Positions 24,775 to 37,129 are shown, counted from the whole stretch's first letter. The stretch: DNA of 62,996 bases, filler included, from Octopus bimaculoides (GCF_001194135.2; 5 parts of 5 records of this genome joined end to end with filler, not necessarily neighbours in it); one strand, 5' to 3'. The notes: generated from the letters alone by a model not told the origin. Translations and numbers: made by a program.

Positions 24775-26147
24775 AAATGGTGCATTTATCACTTGGCAAA
24801 AACCAAATTCTGTTTCCTTGCTGTCTCTTCTATCTTCATTCCAACATTCTGAAAAAGCTTGCAAAAGTCATGGGAATTGCTCCTTTCTTATAAAAATTAA
24901 TAAATAAAGAAATAAACAGAAAAAATACTTATCCCTTGCATGGTGAATATGAGACAAAAAGAAAGAAAGAAAGAACTATGCTTTAAACAGGAATGGTGAA
25001 CAACTTGCAGACTCAATTTACAGAGAATTTTACTTCTTGTTATAAAAGTCTTGCAAACTAATTATGTTAACATATTCTTCAAACCAAATCTCTTTGAGTC
25101 ATAGATTCTGCACTAGTTACTCTACTCAAAATCAATATGGTTGTCATGGTTTTCAACTAATCTTTCAGATATTCTGTCAGGTATTTTGCCAGGCCATTTT
25201 TACTTCCATTCCAGTGCTGCCATTCTAATGTCTATTATTCAATCAAATTGCCATTTATCAATCAGAAAAATTGTCAATAGATAATTTTAATTTCCTTGTA
25301 TTCTGTTCTTGGCCATTTCTGCAATCCTATAAACCGAAGGCTTCAAAGAAATCCTCTCTTGTTACTTTTCTCTATCTATCTCCCTATCAAGTTACCAAGT
25401 TAACTAAATTACTATGTGATAGCTGTTTATCGAACTAACAAGGTGTTTATCTCTAAATTTTTTTCTTATCTACCTACATATGTCTAACTGTCTATTTCCT
25501 TCTTATCATGACTCCTTTCTCACTATTTCATTCTGTCTTTCTCTCTCATATCTCTTCACATTTTCATGAGCTGGTCAGGTTTTCAAAGATTTTTCATGTC
25601 TTGAGTTGTTTTCATTGTGACCCCAGGAGGAAGAATCAGTCTCATAGTCTATGTGAAAATATCATATTGGATATTAGTAACAACTTCAATGGATTATTCT
25701 TTGTGACTTTTTACGTTTTTTTGCTCTCTGACTCTCAGATGGCTCTTATCTTTGCCAATCTACCATCAACGTTTTTGCTTGATGACAATGATGATGATGA
25801 TGATGGTGGTGGTTGGGTGTAGTAATGATGATTGATAACAGTGGAGGTGGTGGTTGTGACAGTGTTGATGATGATGATGTTAATGATATCAAAAATATTG
25901 ACTAAATGGGAGTAGTGGAGGAGGTTGTTGTTTAGCCCTGATTGAGTGGACCTAAGATCAAAAGTATTCCATATGTGACCACCCCACCTTTTTCTTTGAT
26001 ACTTGGTGACCCTTGACCACATTATAAGATAGTAGAAAGGAGCAATTCCCATGACTTTTGCAAGCTTTTTCAGAATGTTGGAATGAAGATAGAAGAGACA
26101 GCAAGGAAACAGAATTTGATTTTTGCCAACTGATAAATGCACCATTT
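24775..26147. repeat. 114-bp near-perfect inverted duplication (24775-24888 / 26034-26147)
   Basis: Two mismatches by eye (112/114); spacer ~1.15 kb; no TSD. Confidence 0.92.
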
Positions 26148-26640
26148 GTTACTAAAGATGGTAGACTGTGATGTGATAGAGATTTTATTCCTATGTTTAG
26201 TAGATTCAGTGACTTATAGACTCCTATGCTGGTTTGTGACTGGTGGAAAGGCAGTGAACAGAAATAGCGACAACAATGGTGGTGTTGGTGATTGGTAGTT
26301 GTGGTAATGATGGTGAATGTAGTAGTGATGGTGGTGGTAATGGTAGTAGTGATGATGGTGGTTGTGGTGGTGATAGTAGTGATGGTGGTTGTGGTTGATG
26401 GTAATGGTTATGATGATGGTGGTGATTGATAGTAGGTATGGTGATACCTCACTTCTTTCTTGATAGTACCTCATATCTTTCTTTATAGTACACCATATCT
26501 CTCTTTATATTACCTCACATGTCCCTTCATAGTATCTCACATCTCCCTACATAGTCTCCTTACACTTTATTCTTTTACATCAATATCATGGGAAAATTAA
26601 CCATGGCATAGCTGATTTCTCTTTAAACTCAAACAAAAGT

Positions 26641-26831
26641 TTGAGCTCAGTACTGCAGTTAAATGAAACAACTAATCAATTTTTATAATGCTACCGCTGT
26701 TAATGATGAGTCTATTGCAAGCATGTTATACTTATTCACATGTAGATGCATGCAGCAAAGTAAGAGATGTAAGTGACTTGACCATAATAGTGTGTTGCCA
26801 GATTGGATATGAACTGCAGTACTGAGTTCAA
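26641..26831. mobile_element. Small MITE-like element with 20-bp inverted repeats
   Basis: TTGAGCTCAGTACTGCAGTT (26641-26660) vs AACTGCAGTACTGAGTTCAA (26812-26831), 19/20. Confidence 0.55.
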
Positions 26832-26924
26832 GTTCTCATTTGCACAAGAGAACCTTGATAGTAATACTCATAACAGCATCCAAATTAATTTTATCACTAC
26901 TCAGTAAAAATCAATCACTATCAG

Positions 26925-26941
26925 TATCATCATCATCATCA

Positions 26942-26997
<56 letters not shown>

Positions 26998-27260
26998 ATC
27001 ATCATCACCATCATTTAATGTCCATCCTCCATACTGGCATGGATTGAATGGTTCAACATGATCCAAAATCCCAGAGTACTGTGTTGAACTTCAGTGTCTG
27101 TTTTGGCAGTTTCTATGGCTGGATGTTCTTTCCAATTCTGACCACTTTACAGAGTGTATGGATGTTTTAGTTATGGTACTGGTATTAGTGAAGTCAGCAA
27201 GTGACTTGCAAAGTAAGACCCCTTGAGTGGGAATGTAATAGAGAGGTGGCTTTGTGCCAG
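26925..27260 (-). mobile_element. Old retroposon 3' end with compound (TCA)n(TCG)n tail
   Basis: CATCATTTAATGTCC...GTTTCTATGGCTGGATG resembles 28900-29070; the microsatellite is its tail. Confidence 0.6.
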
Positions 27261-28343
27261 GTGCCCAGAGGTTAAGTATTTTAACCTTGTTATTAATAAA
27301 TCCATAAACATTAAGGAGTTCACTTTAGTTTTGATTACTTTATGACATACAAGTATCATCAAAACAATTTAAAATAGTTTATATTGTGGAAATTTACTAT
27401 AGTACAATGATATAATGCTTTATATTTGTAAGCAAAAAATTCCTGTCTTTTGCAAGGAGATTTTTCAGCATTGAAAAACTGTTCTACAGTAGCTGATATT
27501 GCTTGGCATTGTATCAGATACGTATTTCTTTGGGTAAAACTTTGGGGTTCATTAGTTGAATTATTGAATTGATTTGGTTTTTTATTGCATCTAAAATTGA
27601 TGTTATTCATGATGCAACATGGGTCTTTGAGGCTTTTGTAAGCATTGTAGATGGTGAAGGCTGTTGATTCAGCTTTGAAGATCTGTTCTTTTACCTGCAA
27701 ATAGTTAGAGCAGATTAGTCCTGATCTCAGAATTTCACACAGCTTCTTTCATTCTCTGCACCAAAATGCCTTCGTCTTCAAAACTCTTCGTAATTTTTGT
27801 AAATTCTGCAAGGTTCTTGGCATAGTAATTGCAGGCATGTAACCAGCTTCTCTACCTGGTCACAATTGGCTTAGTTGGGTATTGTGATTGTTTTGAATTG
27901 CTTTCCATGGTGTTTTTTTTTTGTTTTTTTTTTTTGCAGTAGCAACCTTAATGGTGGCAATCAATCAACTGCAAGATTGAAAATCTTTACAGAGCACAGT
28001 TGTGCAATAGGTGAGAGAAGCAGTTTACATGGAAGAGCTTAGTGCAAATAACTTGCAATGTTTCTCCAGCAGCTGCCATATACCAAGCAGCATCACACAA
28101 TAGAAAATTTTCTCTTGGAATTGCCATACTCCTTAGCAAATCAGTGATGAGCTGAGCAATGACTCTATCAGAGCTGATTTGAGTGGCAAACATTCTATTA
28201 AAAACGTTTTTTGAAGATTTTTAATTGAACCAATAAGTACATTAACAATTTTTTTGTCATTGATCTCACTTTCATCAACAATTAAAAATACACTTTGATC
28301 AGCCAGGTAGCTCTTGCAATGTTCAACTGTGTTTTCTCTAAGC

Positions 28344-30656
28344 TAGAGATGTCCAACCTTTTTTCTTAGTGGGCTAAATTATAAATTTAAGTTTATTCAT
28401 TGGGCCACAAAGGCACTCAGATATAAACTTTTCAAAAGTTCAAAATATAGTAAATAAAATGTTTTAATAACAAATATAAATACAAAATAATGTGCTATTG
28501 ATATGAAATTACACTTACACAAAATAAAATCAATGTGATTTTTGGCATTGCTTTCCTTTTATGATATTCTCAATATCTGCTTTTATGGTACTATTCTTTA
28601 CTCTAAAAAAGTTAGTTAAATGGCAATCACCCAGCCTATTTCTTTCAGCAGTTTTGATGTTTTTCATACACAAAAAGAATTGTTCACAGCAGTATGTACT
28701 ACCCCACATGCACAACAGTTTTTCTAGCTAAACTGGCAATTTGATTGAATTCATTGAAAGAATGCAATTTCTTGTAAAAGTCAAGGCATGTTCTCTATGA
28801 TAAGTTTTCAAAGATTCTCTACTTTGAAGCTCAATGACATAGAGTCAGCCATTCTATGTCATAAACCCCATGGCCTCCCTCATTTTACCTCCCTCTATTC
28901 ATCATCATCATCATCATCGTTTAACGTCCGCTTTCCATGCTAGCATGGGTTGGACGATTTGACTGAGGACTGGTGAAACCGGATGGCAACACCAGGCTCC
29001 AGTCTGATTTGGCAGAGTTTCTACAGCTGGATGCCCTTCCTAACGCCAACCACTCAGAGAGTGTAGTGGGTGCTTTTACGTGTCACCCGCACGAAAACGG
29101 CCACGCTCGAAATGGTGTCTTTTATGTGCCNNNNNNNNNNNNNNNNNNNNNNNNNNNNNNNNNNNNNNNNNNNNNNNNNNNNNNNNNNNNNNNNNNNNNN
29201 NNNNNNNNNNNNNNNNNNNNNNNNNNNNNNNNNNNNNNNNNNNNNNNNNNNNNNNNNNNNNNNNNNNNNNNNNNNNNNNNNNNNNNNNNNNNNNNNNNNN
29301 NNNNNNNNNNNNNNNNNNNNNNNNNNNNNNNNNNNNNNNNNNNNNNNNNNNNNNNNNNNNNNNNNNNNNNNNNNNNNNNNNNNNNNNNNNNNNNNNNNNN
29401 NNNNNNNNNNNNNNNNNNNNNNNNNNNNNNNNNNNNNNNNNNNNNNNNNNNNNNNNNNNNNNNNNNNNNNNNNNNNNNNNNNNNNNNNNNNNNNNNNNNN
29501 NNNNNNNNNNNNNNNNNNNNNNNNNNNNNNNNNNNNNNNNNNNNNNNNNNNNNNNNNNNNNNNNNNNNNNNNNNNNNNNNNNNNNNNNNNNNNNNNNNNN
29601 NNNNNNNNNNNNNNNNNNNNNNNNNNNNNNNNNNNNNNNNNNNNNNNNNNNNNNNNNNNNNNNNNNNNNNNNNNNNNNNNNNNNNNNNNNNNNNNNNNNN
29701 NNNNNNNNNNNNNNNNNNNNNNNNNNNNNNNNNNNNNNNNNNNNNNNNNNNNNNNNNNNNNNNNNNNNNNNNNNNNNNNNNNNNNNNNNNNNNNNNNNNN
29801 NNNNNNNNNNNNNNNNNNNNNNNNNNNNNNNNNNNNNNNNNNNNNNNNNNNNNNNNNNNNNNNNNNNNNNNNNNNNNNNNNNNNNNNNNNNNNNNNNNNN
29901 NNNNNNNNNNNNNNNNNNNNNNNNNNNNNNNNNNNNNNNNNNNNNNNNNNNNNNNNNNNNNNNNNNNNNNNNNNNNNNNNNNNNNNNNNNNNNNNNNNNN
30001 NNNNNNNNNNNNNNNNNNNNNNNNNNNNNNNNNNNNNNNNNNNNNNNNNNNNNNNNNNNNNNNNNNNNNNNNNNNNNNNNNNNNNNNNNNNNNNNNNNNN
30101 NNNNNNNNNNNNNNNNNNNNNNNNGCTCTCACTAACCATTCTTCTATCCCAAGTTTCCTCATTGACCACCAGATAAGGGATCGGGGGACCCTGTCAAAGG
30201 CTTTCTCCATGTCAACGAAAGCCAGGTACAGAGGTTTATCCTTAGCTAGGTATTTCTCTTGCAACTGTCTCACTAGAAATAAGGCATCAGTAGTGCTTTT
30301 ACCTGGCACGAACCCAAACTGCATCTCATCTAAATTGATTCGCTCCCTAATTAGTTGGGCTATGACCCTCTCTGTAACTTTCATAACCTGATCTAACAGC
30401 TTGATGCCTCTGTAATTATTTGTATCTAAAGCGTCCCCTTTACCTTTGTAGCAGTTGACTATGATGCTGCTACACCAGTCTATTGAGGTTTCTATTGGTC
30501 TGTTCAAAATAGCACACTCCGAGAATAATTTTCTCATCATACATTATCAAAGTAAATGAAAATAGAACTAGAAAATAACACAGAATTAGAATCACCAGCA
30601 AGCTGCATGAAAATATTAAGTGGGCCGCAATGTGGCCTGCGGGTTGGTCATCCCTG
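28344..30656 (-). mobile_element. Internally deleted hAT (SPIN/GTF2IRD2/Charlie-like) with TIRs and 8-bp TSD
   Basis: TIRs TAGAGATGTCCAACC / CAGGGATGACCAACC (12/15). TSD CTCTAAGC (28336-28343) / CTCTAAGT (30657-30664). hATC tail GSTYCCEQFF...KQCQKSH at 28530-28715. Confidence 0.88.
28900..30485 (-). mobile_element. 5'-truncated RTE-clade LINE (RT + 3' UTR + (GAT)n tail), centre in a gap
   Basis: DWCSSIIVNCYKGKGD...NYRGIKLL...QFGFVPGKSTTDALF...FVDMEKAFDRVPR, an uninterrupted frame at 30124-30485. Tail ATCATC at 28900. Possible TCTATT TSD. Confidence 0.9.
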
Positions 30657-31351
30657 CTCTAAGTATATCAACATATTTTTGGCACATAGAGTGAAATGGC
30701 AGTGGCTTATTGATAGAATCAAAGAAACTTCTCAAACTTGGGTTAGTGAGCTTGTGCAAAGAAATGTCAGCCTCAAGAAATGCTTTGGTCACCATTGCAC
30801 CCAGAGAATATCGTTTTCAGTAAATTCAAATGATTTGATAGGTGGCTTTTCAATTTTAGTAGTCTTTTTAAGATAGTTCTGATGCTTTTCACTCAACAAA
30901 ATACCTTTGTGACTCAACAAATGGTGACTCAACAAATGGTGACTCAACAAGATACCTTTTATTGCATTTGACATCAACAAGGTACAGTCTCCAGTGTAAC
31001 TGGTTATTTGCGAATCAATACAAATACTTTTGAGAATTTTTCTGTAAATTCGAGGGCTTGTGCCTGCTGACTTGTTTTTGACTTTGGCATCTGAGTTAAT
31101 GAGAAAATCATAATAATCAAAATTCAAATTACTTTAAAAAAAAAAAAAAAGCTCAATATGGTAACAACAAAAGAACTCCACAATTAACTTAAAATAAAAA
31201 TCTTCAATGCACAGCGAAAGAAAATGATTCAATTCAATTAACCTCGGATAAAAATTTACATAATAGTTAACAACAAATGTAATTGATACATGCAAAATAT
31301 GTATCAAAATATTATTGAGAAACAGTGAGCAAACTGTACATTTATGTATAA

Positions 31352-31451
31352 CTAGCAGAAATACCCGGCTTTGCCCAGGTTAAAGAGAATAATGAAATCT
31401 AAAAACGCCGTCTAGACTACGCAACCCTCAACTGTTAGTAGCTACGATACC
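31352..31451 (-). mobile_element. Helitron-type 3' terminus
   Basis: Minus strand reads CCTGGGCAAAGCCGGG (imperfect hairpin), then a short spacer, then CTAG|T, the canonical Helitron end. Confidence 0.65.
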
Positions 31452-31551
31452 NNNNNNNNNNNNNNNNNNNNNNNNNNNNNNNNNNNNNNNNNNNNTTAAT
31501 TAATTAANNNNNNNNNNNNNNNNNNNNNNNNNNNNNNNNNNNNNNNNNNNN
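31452..31551. other. Artificial 100-bp gap spacer (44 N + TTAATTAATTAA + 44 N); also at 39552-39651, 53721-53820 and 58348-58447
   Basis: Identical construction four times; the 12-mer has stop codons in all six frames. Confidence 0.95.
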
Positions 31552-31844
31552 ATATACAGACACGCATAAACACACATGTATTATTATATATTATGGTGTA
31601 GTATTATATCATCAGATAATGAAATATAACTAATTTTCTTAGCAATGCATAAATGATATAAATGCTTTAAAAGCTTTTAAGCAATACATGTGATGCCAAT
31701 AAAATAAATCATGAAAAGTATTGTATAGCTATACATAGTGTGTTTAATGCTTAGTCTAATATTTCAGGAAAGCATCCCCTTATCAAATATAAAAATGAAA
31801 ATAACTTAGGAGTTCAGAGAAACTGTATTATTTAATTATTTTAC

Positions 31845-31936
31845 CTCTGGACCAGGACAGTTCATTGTTTGTGGATTAGAGCAGTTTGAGCCTGAGCATT
31901 GTAAACAACGGCCTACTTGATCAAAAAGTTGGTAGT
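31845..31936 (-). CDS. Cys-rich exon following LRRCT of the LRR gene (Ly6/uPAR-like start, tentative)
   Basis: Acceptor TTTCCTTTCATTCTGTAG, donor GAG|GTAAAA. 92 nt, phase 1-0; the only open frame is (N)YQLFDQVGRCLQCSGSNCSNPQTMNCPGPE. In frame with the 33399 donor. Confidence 0.7.
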
Positions 31937-32348
31937 CTACAGAATGAAAGGAAATGTTAACATTTAAGAGCCATCTTGTATCAGGAATACAAGTCATGAG
32001 ACAAGTATTTATGAAAAGAAACAAATTTTAAAGTATAAATAGGAAAACTATAAATTTTTAGACAAATAAGCCATGTCTGACATTGGTGGGATTTGAACTC
32101 AAAAAACTAAAGAGGAACAAATGCCACAAAGTTATTTTTTGCCAAATGCTCTAGCAGTTCTGCCAACTTGTTACCTTAGTATTCTAGCATGAAAAAAAAT
32201 AATAATAAAATTTAAAAAAATAAAAATAAAATAAAAATAAAAAATAATAATAGAGACAACACCTACATGAACTTCTAACTTGTTGTCTCTTGAGGTCTCT
32301 GGGTGAGACTTGGATCCAACTTGTACAATTGCAAAGCAAAAGTCAAAC

Positions 32349-32352
<4 letters not shown>

Positions 32353-32433
<81 letters not shown>

Positions 32434-32620
32434 CCCTAGGCACAAAGCCTGAAATTTTAGAGGAGGGGACTAGTTGATTACATTGTCCCCAGTTTTTCAC
32501 TAGCACTTAATTCATCAACCCTGAAAGGATGAAAGGCAAAGTCGCCAGTGGAATTTGAACTCAGAACATAAAGACAGACAAAATGCCACAAAGATTTTTG
32601 CCCAGTGTGCTACTAATTCT
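32353..32620 (-). mobile_element. SINE family B copy whose 3' tail is the (AAT)n tract at 32353-32432
   Basis: Family B body directly abuts the microsatellite. Confidence 0.7.
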
Positions 32621-32719
32621 AATAATAAAAATCCTTTCTTTCTACTAAAGGCACAAGGCCCAAAATTTGGTAGAAGAGGCTTGTCGATTAAACTGATCCC
32701 AGTTTATATTGATCCCAGT

Positions 32720-32960
32720 TTCCGTCTTGGTAGCTTTTCATAACTACCTCAGCAATTTGGCATAACACTCTTCATTGAGGGTGTGGCCCTTTTGAAGATA
32801 GTTATTAAATGCAATGCCCTTTGCATTCTAAAAAACTGAGACCATCACCTTTCCTACTGATGAAACGACCTTGGTCTTCTTTGGAGCAGGTGAGGAGGAG
32901 TGTTTCACTGCATGGACTGTCTCTTTGTCTCTGGTTCAAAGTGATGATCCCACAAGGATT
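32720..32960 (-). mobile_element. Mariner transposase fragment
   Basis: NNYLQKGHTLNEECYAKLLR resembles mariner IDYLQKGHTINGEYYANLLR. Confidence 0.65.
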
Positions 32961-33398
32961 GAAAGACAAAGTCGACTTCAGCCGAATTTTAATTTGGAAT
33001 TTAAAGCTAAAAGAAATGTTGCAAAGCATTTTGTCTGGTGTTCTAACAATTCAGCCAGCTTGAAGCCTTAATAATTACAACAAATAAGTTGCTCATGACA
33101 GGATTTGAACTCAGAACAAGAATAGCCAGAGAAACGATGGTTTCAAATTTTGGCACAAAATGAGCAATTTTAGCAGGAGGAAACAAGTCCATTACATTGA
33201 CCTAAATGTTTTACTGGCGCTTTATGTTATTGTTGTACCAGTTCTAGATTTTATTGAAGTACTTTATTATTTGAATTCACAATCTAAGGACAAAAGAAAT
33301 GCCATTAAGCATTTTATCTGGCATGGCAACGAATCTGCCAGCTCTCTGCCTTATATGAAATCATAAATGATACCAGAAATTTTGAAAATGTTACCTAC

Positions 33399-33571
33399 TC
33401 CCACAAAAATTTTGAATATCTGCATCTAGATCCCATAGAGTCTTGTCTCTTTGCTGTGGAAGAATGCATTTTCCTGAGACATTAAGATTTGTTTGATTCG
33501 TTTGCTTCATATACCTCTTAAGAGCTGGAAGGTGACATCCACACAGCAAATTAGAGTTATTATTCATTTGG
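33399..33571 (-). CDS. Last LRR + LRRCT cap exon of the LRR gene
   Basis: Acceptor TTTTTTTTCTGTTTAATTATAG. 173 nt, phase 2-1, open: (I)QMNNNSNLLCGCHLPALKRYMKQTNQTNLNVSGKCILPQQRDKTLWDLDADIQNFCG, with the CxC...C...C LRRCT pattern. Donor GTAGGT at 33398 (alternative GTAACA at 33394). Confidence 0.88.
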
Positions 33572-34888
33572 CTATAATTAAACAGAAAAAAAACAATAAT
33601 ATTAGTGTGAACTCACCAGATAGATTTAAATTTCTTTGTATTTATTCAAAGATCTTATATTTTAGGAAAGGGGTTAATATTGTGACACTTATGCTTTTTT
33701 TTCTAAGAGTATTATCCACTTATATGTTTAAAAACCCCAAATAAAAATATTTCCTTTATTGGAAGCTTATTTCATATCAAGGCATGTATTGCTTGTGCTT
33801 ATTACATATTGACTAGTGTAAGTTTTTTTTTCTTTTTATTAGCAATATTTGAACCCAGAATAACAAAATGGTCATCTAGCTTGATCTCTACTTTTCTTTA
33901 TAAAAAAACTCCAAATTTAAAAGAAAGCCGAAACGTTGTGTTAACAACAAACAAGATGAGGACAAATATCCGTCAAATGTAAATAATGTTAATTCTATAT
34001 ATTTATTATAGTATAGATGGCATTTGGGTACAATAAAATTTGCAACTTGTTGTCTGTGGGTTCTTTAAATTGTTTACTTAATATAATTTTTGTCTAATTT
34101 ATTTATTTATTTATAATTTCTGCAGAACGCATTCAAAAGTAACTCAATTGATTCAATTATGTTAAGCTCTTGTGATCATGAAGAGACAAAAACAAAGTCA
34201 ATATGGTATTTCCGAGGACACAAAATATTGTAAGACATTTAATCTGATTCTCTAAACAATGTGTGAGTCATGACCCAAAATAAATCACGGTATAATTCTG
34301 AACATGTCCCAAAGAAAAATTCTCATATTCTAAAAATATCTATTTGATAAAATGTAAAACTGTAAAATTTTCATGAACGCTATACAATAAATCACATACA
34401 AAAGCATAAAGCAACACTTACTGCCAACAATAGCTGAGCTATATTTTCCTTTTCCCAAGAAAATTACCCAGCATTAGGTATAACCCATCAAAATATATTT
34501 ATCAAAGAATAAAAGGGAGTAACAAGTTGCTAAAATGGATGGAGTTGGTAAAAGATTAATGATAACAATTGTTCTAAATTATCTGCCAACTCATGATCAT
34601 TACAATCATGTACATTAGAATTTGCTTCCATGTTATGAATGATTTCTATGGGCTTTCTTATCAAGCTAACAGTGGATTACGTTGGTGCAGAGCAGGTTCA
34701 TGTGGATTTTTGATGTTTTGATTTCACTGATGGTAAATTTTTGCTTTAGTATATTTCTGCTGTAATTTCTGAATAAACACTGATTTTTTTTTTTATGAGT
34801 ATTTTCCTAAATTTTCCTAAAACTCAGCTCTTTCTATCTAATTACTGTCTTTCATCTTTATACAAAACGCAGTCATTCAATATAATTA

Positions 34889-35749
34889 TGAGGGGCTACC
34901 CAAAAGAAACTGAAATTTTACAATATAATTTAATTCACTTAGTTTTACATGTTTATACTTTTATCACCTTCGAAGTATTTTCAATTTGAAGCAATGCAAT
35001 GGTCCAGGTGCGTTTTCCACTATTTGAATCAGTGCTGGAACTCTTGTAAAATGATGCCTTTTAACATCCCTGTTTTTTTCTTCACCTCTTCCACATCGGC
35101 AAATTCTGTAGCACCATTTTTTGTCACCAGTGATGACCTTTGAACTTTCAACTGTTCTTTCAGCTAATGACATGCATTCGGTCGTGACTGCTTTTGAATT
35201 TCCTTGAGCAAGCGAGGCACAAATTTTGCTGCAACTCTTCCCATTTACAATTCCTTGCTCAAAATTCATTGGCAGGAGCTCCAGGACACACAAGTTATAT
35301 TAACAAGTTTGTCAATTGTTCAGTGACAGTCTTCCAAGATCAGTTCATGAAATTTCATGATGTTTTCATTCATTCGGGAGATCTACAATTGTCCTGAATG
35401 GGATTGGTTTTCAAGCAACAAGTGACCAAACCACTCAAACCTTTTTGCTCATGACAGCGTCCAAGTAAGCTGTTTGAAGCATGACAACTGTTTTGACCAC
35501 TGTATTACCCAGCAGAAAACAGAATTTCATAGAAGCACGCTGTTCCTTCATTTCAACCACCAGAAAATTTGATGAACAGGGGAGAAGCTCTACAAAGATG
35601 CACCATGTGGCAGTACAACTAAAGACCACACATCAGTCAGCAGACTGATGCCTGAGGGTCGCATCAAGTGGCTTCTAGTGATGGAAGACTGAATTACAAC
35701 AGGCTTGTTCCACAGAGAACGTTTCCAGTTACTTTTGAGTACCCCCTCA
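34889..35749 (-). mobile_element. Internally deleted mariner element with both TIRs and TA TSDs, in an LRR-gene intron
   Basis: TA|TGAGGGGCTACCCAAAAGAAACTG and TA|TGAGGGGGTACTCAAAAGTAACTG. MKEQRASMKFCFLLG N-terminus and VITGDKKWCY motif. Confidence 0.88.
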
Positions 35750-35874
35750 TATGTCCATGAATATTTTTTGCGAGTGTAATAAAAATTATAAGGACTATTT
35801 CTAATGAATTTACTGTTAAAGTAAGAGTTTGGTTTTCAAATACAAATAAAGAGAGGAAATTGTGTTGTACATAC

Positions 35875-35946
35875 ATTGTATGTATATTAGGCAGGAATAA
35901 GAAAGAATTCATTCCGTAGGACCTGATGTTGTTATTATTCAAATTT
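35875..35946 (-). CDS. 72-nt single-LRR exon
   Basis: TTTGTTTCTTCCAG acceptor, GTATGT donor, phase 2-2: (L)NLNNNNIRSYGMNSFLFLPNIHT(I). Confidence 0.9.
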
Positions 35947-36339
35947 CTGGAAGAAACAAAAAAAAAACAGTAACTTTTTTTATTATTCATGACAAAAAAA
36001 GAAGTGAATTTATTGTTAGAGAATACTTAATTACATAAATATTCCACATTAGAATATAAATCCCAAACAAGAAAATATAAGCATGGGTGAAGAAAGAATA
36101 AAAGAAAGAAAAACATCAATTCAACACTAAGAGCATCAATTGGTCACATTCCATATAGGTCAGCAGAACCTATTGAAGCAAGCCAACATGCTTGTACTAT
36201 ATTACTGCAGGCAACGGTTAGACTAATATTTTGTATATTAGTATATATATGTTAAATGAGATTAATTTCTTCTCTTTAGTTTGTAGCCAAGGAAACTCAC
36301 TTGTAACCCTTTTAAGCATTTACTAACAAAACCTAGTAA

Positions 36340-36690
36340 ATTGATATCGGTATGAATATGAATTCATAGTCCGGATATAGAAGCTAGAGGTTTCAAAGCA
36401 GCTGGCCATAGATATCTTCTTTTTCTTTGATTTTCAAAGAGATATTTATATCTGCAGAGCAGCTGACCTCTCTGATGGTACATACCTTTGCCCTTCTGTC
36501 CCAATCAACAACCTCTGGCCTGTCATGTTTACATTTGACAGAAGTTTTGATGGGAATATTCCACCAGTATTCTTTGAGTTAGTGTTTATGAATGTATTCC
36601 ATAACAGAGGGATTTTCTAAGTCTATTTCATGACAGTCTTTTTTCAGCTGGCATTGTAAATTGTTTTAGCAACAACATTGTGCTGCATAG
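36340..36690 (-). mobile_element. Remnant of a restriction-like-endonuclease non-LTR element (R4/NeSL/CRE-type)
   Basis: QHNVVAKTIY (RHN/RHD motif), then WWNIPIKTSVKCKHDRPEVVDWDRRAKVCTIREVSCSADINISLKIKEK (PD..D/ExK nuclease). Confidence 0.65.
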
Positions 36691-37057
36691 GGAGGTGTAT
36701 GTATGTATGTATGTATGTATGTATTTATGTATGCATGTAATGCATGTCATGTATGTATATATCTTTCACTGATACATATCGGCATATCAGGGATGAAATT
36801 GGAAAAATCCAGTGCTTTTTTAATACAATCCCTTGTATCTTTTACCGTTCAGAAACATGAAAAACAAATGACCTACTGGTTGAAAACATGAGCTAGGACG
36901 CTATTTCCTGAGTTGTAATATAGCATAAAAACAATTTAGTTTTCCAGTCATGCAATACCAAATAAAATATATTTACAGATTATAGCCATATGAAGTATTG
37001 AACTATTTTGAAAGTTTCCAAAAACTACAAATCTATAATATGAATATCTTTACTTAC

Positions 37058-37129
37058 AATTCTTCCAAGGAAGCCATATGTTGAAAGGTGTTTAGTGGTA
37101 TATATGTCAATTCATTATTGCTGAGATTC
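37058..37129 (-). CDS. 72-nt single-LRR exon
   Basis: TTTTCTTCAG acceptor, GTAAGT donor, phase 2-2: (L)NLSNNELTYIPLNTFQHMASLEE(L). Confidence 0.93.

Larger units (their letters stand above)
27330..31130 (-). mobile_element. Outer, decayed hAT transposase (CGGBP/DUF659-type), split at 28343/30657 by later insertions
   Basis: Collapsing the TSD restores one frame: AKKYVDILRENTVEHCKSYLADQSVFLIVDESEINDKKIVNVLIG. Downstream: LLCDAAWYM...LFHVNCFSHLLHNC. Confidence 0.8.

Noticed and set aside
26214-26474. His-rich ORF
   Set aside because: Translation of a degenerate (GGT/GAT/AGT)n low-complexity tract.
31496-31507. Recurrent TTAATTAATTAA palindrome (also 39596, 53765, 58392)
   Set aside because: Always centred in a 100-bp 44N-12-44N block; an assembly spacer, not biology.
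33572-33616. 45-nt mini-intron (GTGAGT...ATAG) upstream of the LRRCT exon
   Set aside because: All upstream frames are closed; the 35875 exon already supplies the correct phase and an LRR-consistent Ile.
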